A stretch of 7,484 nucleotides of DNA from Chlorokybus atmophyticus (taxonomy: Eukaryota; Plantae; Mesostigma and Chlorokybus algae): NCBI GenBank assembly GCA_009103225.1, contig RHPI01000351.1, forward strand, positions 1-7,484. Direction: 5' to 3'. Under the pieces are notes generated by a model. The model worked only from the letters and a program-made list of their open reading frames with translations, ran no database searches and was not told where the DNA came from. A program made the position numbers and the translations under genes. Every line of letters starts with the position of its first letter. Position 1 is the first letter of the stretch. Below are positions 1 through 6,519 of the stretch, in pieces.

Positions 1-188
1 GCCCCCCGAAGCGTCTGCGCGTCGGTGCTTTGAGCTTAGGCAGCTCGTGCCGCACCGGCTGTCTCTCTGGACGATGCTGAGCAGCCACTTAACGCTGTAA
101 ACCCGCCTGTGCCTACTCAGGACACACAGTCAGCCCCAGTGAGGCTTCAAGGCGCTGTGCTTCTTCTAATGTTGTAACGATGCCTCAC

Positions 189-2932
189 CTTTCCTTTTTT
201 GGTCCTGTCAGCGTCCTTTGTTCCAACAACCTTCTTCTTTTTTTTTTTTGTCACCCTGCACATCCTGGCAGGCGCTCTCCGTGGCACTGTCACTCAGAGG
301 AGGTAAGGCGTTATCTTCTTGCTCCACAGCCTTGCGCTTGTTGGTTGCCTCCCGTTCCTCCACGACCTCATGTTGCTTCATGAGGTCGAGCATGAAGCCT
401 TTGTCTTTCAGCGCAGCTTTCAGGACACCTCGATCAATCTCTTTACTAACAAGACAGGCTGGGATCAATGTGGCAAGCTTAGAGGGAGAGGGCGAGCTAC
501 AGCTGCTTCTTGATGGAGATGCCATCGGATGGTCAGAGTGCGGTGGCAAGTGAGTCTCCGATCAGGTGTGTTACCTCCGGTGGCACTTCATGCATAGGCC
601 ACGACCACTGTTCGGTGCTTGCAGGCTTGAGGAGCCAAAAGTGTGCTTCTGGCTCATCAGGAGCAGTGTTGCCCACCACCAGGACTGAGTTGGGGGCTTC
701 TTTATTTCCAACCCAAACTGCGCTGCCGGGCCGTGGCACCCACTCCCCATGCTCGCGCTGAACGGTCACGCAGCCAATCAACAAGCCCAGCTTGTTGGCA
801 AACATGGTCATCTGCAGGTGCTCGACGTACACATCTTTTCTCCGCACGATCTGTCGCACCTTGGCCATGGCTAGGTCAATGTTGCAGTTGATATCAGCCA
901 ACATGGTCGCAGGCAGTTTGTCGTAATACTGCGCCATCTCTCCCGCGGCACCAGTGGCTCTGCAGAAGTCTAGGATTCTGCTCGCCACGCCTGCATCGAC
1001 AGCCTTGGCGGTGATTTTGCGGAGAGTGTGCCCCCTGCCGTTGTCGTCCATGGTGTCCAGCATGGCCCAAAATCTGCTCGAGCTGGGGCACTTGTGATCA
1101 TCCGGGACACTTTGCGCTATGGATGGCCTGGAGCGAAATACACAATGGTAGAAGCAATTACCATCCGCTGGCGCATTGAAGTGGTCCCATGAGGCGAGCT
1201 GGCCACCTAGCATGACTGATGGCAGTATGCGGGTTGCGGCCAGCTCCTCTGACGACTCGCTGGCAGGTGGTGACCCCTGCTGCATGCGCATACAGCACTC
1301 ACATGGTGTGTCCAGCTGTGGACGGCAAGAGTCACAGTGACTGATAAAGTACCTGAGTTTGGGGCAGACTGCCGGCTTCAACTTGCAGCGGGTGGGGTAA
1401 GGTAGGTGCAGAAGCCACATCGGTTGTTGCATTGTGCTGTGGTCTCGCCGGTGGCGGCAAGAAGGATTGTTGCCCCGCAATCACCGGTGCTGCTCGTGGA
1501 GGAGATGGCAGTGCACGAAGGACTGGTGCCGCGGAAGGTGGTTGCGCTTTGGCTGGGAGGGGAGCATGAGCTGCAGGTGAGACCACTTGTGCATGCAGCA
1601 AGGGGGGCTGTATACAGGACCTAGGATAAGATGGCTCACAATGTTGCAAAGAACGAATATAAGCTTATGCCGTGCCTGACGCATTGTTACCAAGGCACGA
1701 GCATAAAAGACAGCGACTTACCTCAATGGCCCGTGGACTGCATGGAGCAGGGGAAGCCATGGGGGCTGACAAGGTGGTATTGGCTGCACTCTCCCCGCCA
1801 CCCTCGATGGCAGACTCGTCACGGAGCTCTTGAGCCATGGGCACATCATGCGCCACTGCCCCAATGGACATGTCGGGATTCAACAGGCCAACATGCATGT
1901 TAAACTGATGCCGCATTGCCGCCGCGCCCATCAGCAAGTGGGATTGAAGGACCAGTTGATGGGATTGAATCCAGGCTTGCATAGGAGCTCCAACAGGACT
2001 TAGTGCACTGTGGTGCTGTCAACCAATCACATGTGGGTTAGCTGCATGCTTGCGACACTGCAATTGCAATAGTCAACTGCGTCACACCGTCATCAGTTGG
2101 TTGCTTCGAACAGTCACCTACGGCATTGCTGGTTGATGCACGCATGATTGCATGGACTGCGTCATTGCTGGTTGATGCATTATTGGTTGAATGCCGGACG
2201 AATGGCCACGCGCTCCTGTGCTCAAACCCAGCCTACTTTGTTCGGCACGCACACGCGACTTCGCACGCTCACGCACATCCTAGCATGCAAAGGTAGGCAT
2301 GCATTGGAGCCGACATTGCAGTCAACATGCACAGCGAGATTGGCAACAACATACTGCCGCCCAGCTCTGTCTATCTGCTCTTGCTTCCGCAATGTCGGCT
2401 TGACTGTAGGGTGGGTATGGGTGAATAGTTGAGGCCTGCAGCCACGCTACATATATCACATGGACTGCGCTAAAAAACAAATTGCTCTTGCAAGGAAATG
2501 CATGTGACTAATGAGCGTACCTCTGCATTCCTTTGTGCTTGTTCCCACAGCCGCAATTGGTCCCGCATGGTTCTGACAAGGGGCTCCAAGGACTGCAGCT
2601 CCTGATCCACTCCCTGTTGCAGAAAGCGAGCCACCAAGCAGCTCTCTGTGTGAAGATGGTCTTTAATGGCTTGCCTGCTGGTTTGTCCAATGTTGGTGAT
2701 GCATGTTGGACAGCCCCATTGCTGACGCCTGCCATGATCCATGACGTGGCAACCGGTAGTAGCTGGCTTCGCTGCTTGAACTCTTACGACCACAACTTTG
2801 CGCAAGATGTGCCACGCCGCCGCCGCCGCCGCCGACTCCTGGTCCTCCGCCTCCGAATCGAACCCAGGCCCATCAAGCCTGACATTCGACCCGTCATCGA
2901 CCTGGTGCCCCTGCGTGCCATCATCCGGCCAT
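189..2932 (-). CDS. Multi-exon gene encoding a zinc finger, a Pro/Ala-rich linker and an OTU-like cysteine protease (putative deubiquitinase); probably continues off the left edge; two apparent 1-nt frameshifts
   Basis: Hand-spliced exons (minus strand): 2932-2521, 2435-2355, 2279-2237, 1975-1722, 1607-1353, 1279(or 1276)-575, 477-189. All introns are GT-AG (85, 75, 261, 114, 73, 97 nt) and every phase matches (0,0,1,0,0,0). Donors include GAG|GTACGC, GCA|GTATGT, GAG|GTAAGT, CAG|GTACTT and GAG|GTAACA. The acceptor at 478 has the pyrimidine tract ctcgccctctccctctaag. The model needs one extra base removed just after ATG 2932 and one in the A12 run (238-249) to reach donor AAG|GTGAGG at 188; without the latter it stops at 208. 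A possible next exon (76 to edge, HRPERQPVRHELPKLK...) is ambiguous. Confidence 0.72.
575..1279 (-). CDS. Exon encoding the OTU-like (ovarian tumour family) cysteine protease domain
   Basis: WDHFNAPADGNCFYHCVF (Asp 1165-1163, Cys 1156-1154) matches the OTU Cys-box D-G-x-C-[LF]-[FY]. VYVEHLQMTMFANKLGLLIGCV matches the central helix-strand, and EAHFWLL (His 643-641) matches the His-box H-[YF]-x-x-L. No stops over 235 codons. Confidence 0.8.
2638..2718 (-). other. Putative zinc finger, C-x2-C-x14-H-x-H-x3-C (BED/C2HC-like), in exon 1 of the OTU gene
   Basis: Translation QWGCPTCITNIGQTSRQAIKDHLHTESC: Cys 2712 and 2703, His 2658 and 2652, Cys 2640, with an aromatic residue before CxxC. Family assignment is by motif only. 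Confidence 0.5.
2815..2833. repeat. (CGC/GCG)n trinucleotide microsatellite encoding poly-Ala in exon 1 of the minus-strand gene
   Basis: cgccgccgccgccgccgcc; read on the minus strand as GCG x6 (ESAAAAAAW). Confidence 0.85.
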
Positions 2933-2985
2933 CAATGAAGCGTGTTTGGGTGAGTGCATGCTAACTCCCATTTGGGCTGATCGAG

Positions 2986-3147
2986 CAATGCCTCTGTCGT
3001 ACCATGGATGGTACGACAGAGCCATTGTACGGCAATCGCTGGGGTTGGACGAGAGATGCCTCTGTCGTACCATAAATGTTACGACACAACCATTGGTAAC
3101 AATGGTTGTACGAAGCATGCATGGCACGAATGCATAAGTCGTACCAT
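2986..3147. promoter_or_regulatory. Cluster of palindromes and repeated GTCGTACCAT motifs in the divergent intergenic region
   Basis: Perfect 14-bp arms ctctgtcgtaccat (2992-3005) -gg- atggtacgacagag (3008-3021), extended by caatg/cattg to 2986-3027. An exact 18-nt direct copy atgcctctgtcgtaccat occurs at 2988 and 3056, the second with a degenerate right arm. A second palindrome acaaccattg-gtaa-caatggttgt lies at 3086-3109, with an extra half-site at 3138-3147. The regulatory role is inferred from position. Confidence 0.7.
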
Positions 3148-3329
3148 CAACCATAGGAGCAAGGACGCACTACAAGTGCGACTCTAGTGCGGGACTCTAG
3201 ACGTTCAAAACCGCCTCATTTTCGTTTTCGCGCCTCATACATTCGGGCGGGCCAACCGGCGGCGGCAGCGTTGGAGGCGGCAGCGCCACTTACAGCTAAA
3301 CAGGCGGCACCCGACTATCAGTTGGAGAG

Positions 3330-5008
3330 ATGCCTCGTGGTCCATCCGTAAGTGCACCTCGTCGTGGAGGTCGGCGCCAGTTGTCCACATTGCCCCCAGT
3401 GTTCAACCAGGCAACCGTCGCCAACCAATCGCAGCAAGACCCCGCGCTAACGCCCAGCACATCACAACAACTCCACCTGACACCGCAGTCGCAAGGGCAA
3501 GCTAGACTGCATGCGTTCTTGATGCACTGTGCACGTTGCTTCTTGCTCAACTTCTAACTTGGATGCTTGCTTCTATCATGACTAGCACAGTGACTCACTG
3601 CATGCGTTCTGGATACACTGTGCACGTTGTTCTTCTTTTGCAACTGTGAGGGTTGCATCTTTCATGGCTGGCAGCATGACTCATGTGGTTGTGCTTGCAG
3701 AGGGTCGATTGGAACCCCCAACCCAAACGCATTTGGCCGTGACGTGGCAACCTCGGCCGTCAGCAACCCTTCCCCAAGCAAGTGGAAGATTGGCAACGAG
3801 GTAAGCACTGTGTGACACTGTGACACTGTGTGTATGTGTGTAACGGATTGTTCTTCTGTGGACAGCATTTGCGAGATGCCGTCGTTGAAATCATAAACGG
3901 CCACTGGGTAGAGAGCCACGTTTATCCCAAGGAGGACACTATTCGTAACGTCATGTGTCAGGTGCTGTGAATGCTTCATGACCGCACTGCACCGTGACAC
4001 TGACCAACCTGCCCGTGACAGGTAGTTGGCTTCGACCATGACGACGAGGCCGATGCGGCCAAGTTCTATGAGGTGTACTGGACTCCCAAGGAGTGCCCCT
4101 TCCACTGGAGTGTCGCCCTGAAGAAAGCTACGCAGGTCCGGTCTGAGAACGTCACCAAGATCAAGCATGTCCTTGAGAAGGAGTACAAGTGGACACTGTT
4201 TAACAGCAACAAGCGCAAGTGAGTTGGGTCCCTCACCACCATGTCTGCTATGCAACACTGCCTTCTTACTCAGCCTCCATACACACGTACTCATCTCGCC
4301 TATTGTAACCGATTCAATCAGGCACATCGACGCCCTAATGGACCCCGAGACCCAAAAAGCCCAGATGCGCAACGCGCTCCAAAGTAAGTCACAGGCACTA
4401 TTCTAGCCTGGTGCAGGCTCAACTTGAACTATCTATTTCGTGACTAATGCCTTGTCGGTATGACTGTCGCAGACAAGTCATGGCGGAGATTTGAGGTGAC
4501 CGACACTGCAGACCCGGAGCGGAGGAGATACATCCATGAATGGGGCAATCCCATAATCTGGCAAATGATCGTGCAATGCTGGTCTTACGCCGTCACTACA
4601 CCTGGTCGCCGGCAGCTGACAGTCAACCACCTCGCATACCTGTTGCTTACGGTGAGCACTCTGAACTCCATCATTAGCAATTCAGGAACGCTGTAGCCCC
4701 AAACTACAGGCTTGCAGACGCGTTGCAGATCATAGTGGCTTTCGATGCCACTAAGACATGCCTGTAAACTACGCAGGTGGAGCGCATCCTAAAGGGCAAG
4801 GATGGAGACCCTCTCCTAGCTGCCAGCATAGACACACATGAAGAGTACCTCAGCGAAATCAACACCATGATCATGTCAATGAAGCGGGAGATGAGGCAAC
4901 GGTACGCAGCCCTCCAGCCATTCACCCTTGTGAAACGCCGCGCTGCATCTTGTGTCGAATACCTAAAGATCCCAATCGGCGCCGGCCGCAAGAGACAGCA
5001 GCTCGTGA
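3330..5008 (+). CDS. Multi-exon gene for a ~300-aa uncharacterised protein, tentatively DUF6532-like (transposon accessory protein); 3' end uncertain (5008 or 5156)
   Basis: Exons: 3330-3347 and 3411-3496 (or 3330-3496 unspliced, in frame), 3701-3800, 3866-3961, 4022-4218, 4322-4383, 4473-4651, 4777-4901, 4969-5008. Internal junctions 3800/3866, 3961/4022, 4218/4322, 4383/4473 and 4651/4777 are GT-AG with matching phases (0,0,2,1,0), and intron 3962-4021 contains an in-frame TGA. Spliced core: HLRDAVVEIINGHWVESHVYPKEDTIRNVMCQVVGFDHDDEADAAKFYEVYWTPKECPFHWSVALKKATQVRSENVTKIKHVLEKEYKW...EWGNPIIWQMIVQCWSY...LTVNHLAYLLLTVERILKG. An acidic tail in another frame (4968-5156) may be the true end. Confidence 0.8.
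3506..3629 (+). repeat. 33-bp direct duplication inside the intron 3497-3700
   Basis: actgcatgcgttct[t/g]gat[g/a]cactgtgcacgttg at 3506-3538 and 3597-3629 (31/33 identical, 91-nt spacing). Confidence 0.85.
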
Positions 5009-5501
5009 CCCGCTCGCTGAGGCAGAAGCGGCATTTAATTGGCTGGCACAACCGTTCGAGGAGGAAGAGCAAGCTCCGGCGTCTCCTCCACAGGCCCCGG
5101 CGCGTGGTGCTTTGTTCCGTAATGACGAGACCAGCGATGATGGAGAGGAGCTGTAGCGCAGTTGGTAGTCCGTTTAGCTGGTAGTGTACATAGCTACAAG
5201 GCTCTTGTGACTGAGTGTTGTGCATCTTAAACCAGCTCAGTCAATCGTCATTATGTTCATGCACATCAATACTTGCATCCCTATGATATACAACAGAACT
5301 GCATTCGAGTCATATAATCGAACTACAAGGCTTGGCAGGTGACTGAGAGACACTGTACACATTCCAGGTATGTACACAGCACAGGCACATAACAATGCTG
5401 GAAGTCAGTGACAGTCGCGTGTAGTCAAGCTATGCAAATACATATGACGACAGTTAGGCATTGGTCACCTTCAGTTGTTAAAGAATGCCTTATTTTGTCG
5501 A

Positions 5502-5819
5502 TAATTACCTAGTTGGTGCTTGTGAATTAGGCTTAGTCGCCTGCGCTGGACTGGTGTGTAACCTGCAGGTGCCTGTCACATAGGCTGAGTCACCTAAGTA
5601 AGTCTGATGTGTAACTTACAGGTGCCCGTTGATTAGTTGTAGTCACCTAATAAGGCCTGATGTGTAACTAACAGTTGCCTGTAAATTACACAAAGTCATT
5701 TGTTAAGGCCTCGTGTGTGACTAACAGGTGCCTGTTAATTATATAAAGTCACCTGTTAAGGCCTGATAGGTAACTATTAGGCGCCTGTTAGTTAGGCATA
5801 GTCAACTGCTAAAGACTAA
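5502..5819. repeat. Six imperfect tandem repeats of exactly 53 bp (putative subterminal repeat array), with a partial copy at ~5852-5870
   Basis: Units start at 5502, 5555, 5608, 5661, 5714 and 5767; consensus approximately tgtgtaactaacaggtgcctgttaattagNNNagtcacctgNtaaggcctga. Units 5661 and 5714 are 44/53 identical, and the units align without indels. Confidence 0.9.
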
Positions 5820-5977
5820 ATTGTAACAAAAAGGGCCTTACAGTAACGAAAGTTACTATTAGGTCCCTGTATCAAGATTACAGGTGGCCTGAGCCACGAC
5901 AGTCTTAATTAGCGTCCTCAGGTGCACGTCCGTTGCTAATATTCAGTCGGCCGGCATGGAAAACATATTGCGACGTG

Positions 5978-6519
5978 GCACCTCTCTGACATTTGCATTG
6001 TCGAGACCAAACTTTGTCACCAACTGTCTCACCGCTCGCTCTTGCGTAATGGTGATGGTTCCAGCAGCTCTGTCTCTTGTGACAACCATACTCATGAAGT
6101 ATGATGTCTAGCCCAAGTCTCTGCACTCGAATACATCCTGCAGCTGAGTCTTCACTCGTTGCACCCCTGACATTCCTGACGCTGCAATCAGAATGTCGAC
6201 CACGTACACCAACTGCCACACTTGCTTGCTCTCGTGGCAAAACAAGCTTGGATCTGCCAGACTTGCTGTAAACCCCTGCTTCTGGAGCTCCTTGCACAGT
6301 CTTGCATGCCGCACCCGTGGTGCCTGCTTCAAGCCATATAACGCCTTCACCAATCTGCATGCTGTACCAGGTGGCCCCTCCTAATACCCTCTTGGTTGCT
6401 GAATGTGGATTCTCTCCCTCCAGCTCCCCATACAGAAACGCTGTCTTGACATCCAAGTGATGGAATTCCAGGTTGTCTGCTGACACAACTTCCACCATAT
6501 GGATAGCTGCCACCATAGC
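5978..6519 (-). pseudogene. pol: Decayed Ty1/Copia reverse transcriptase fragment
   Basis: Reconstruction: DNLEFHHLDVKTAFLYGELE/(+1 frameshift ~6418)/[33 protein letters not shown]...ADPSLF...LVYVVDILIA...FECRDLG*TSYFMSMVVTRDRAAGTITITQERAVRQLVTKFGLDNANVREV. Stops at 6383-6381 and 6110-6108; the catalytic YVDD is changed to YVVD (6206-6195). Confidence 0.92.

Larger units (their letters stand above)
1..5977. mobile_element. Putative right arm of a large DNA transposon (CACTA/Plavaka-like, CMC group)
   Basis: Inference from: a subterminal repeat array; a sequence ending ...CATATTGCGACGTG at 5977 (5'-CACGTCGC on the minus strand) exactly where Copia RT homology stops; and cargo of a protease gene plus an accessory gene. 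No transposase, partner TIR or TSD is visible in the window. Confidence 0.4.

Noticed and set aside
533-1480. 315-aa single-exon ORF as the complete OTU gene
   Set aside because: Its N-terminal ~65 aa overlap a better Pro-rich exon in another frame plus an intron, and its end follows a good donor at 574. The spliced model fits better.
2124-2194. 17-bp exact duplication cattgctggttgatgca (2124, 2163) in the 261-nt intron
   Set aside because: A real but ordinary local intronic duplication; no spacer or functional pattern is evident.
2533-2964. 143-aa plus-strand ORF with a poly-Arg run
   Set aside because: It is the antisense reading of the zinc-finger exon; the poly-Arg is just the CGC microsatellite.
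3662-4372. 236-aa antisense ORF
   Set aside because: It lies opposite a well-supported spliced gene and has no recognisable motif; likely a shadow ORF.
1-5300. Giant endogenous viral element as the source of the OTU gene
   Set aside because: No NCLDV hallmark genes are in view, both genes are intron-dense, and the repeat/terminus architecture is better explained by a transposon. It cannot be fully excluded without flanking sequence.
5502-5870. CRISPR-like array
   Set aside because: Units vary throughout, with no constant repeat plus unique spacer structure; the context is eukaryotic and there are no cas genes.
5884-5940. Helitron 3' hairpin (gtggc-ctga-gccac; attagc...gctaat)
   Set aside because: Stems are only 5-6 bp and no correctly placed CTRR end follows. 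Helitron origin is not excluded given the OTU cargo, but it is unsupported here.
6108-6383. Both RT stops are TAG at typical Glu/Gln positions, suggesting TAR reassignment as in some ulvophyte algae
   Set aside because: No in-frame TAA or TAG occurs in Gag, the OTU gene or the plus-strand gene core despite many Gln/Glu codons, and the RT also has a frameshift and a dead active site. Ordinary nonsense mutations explain it.
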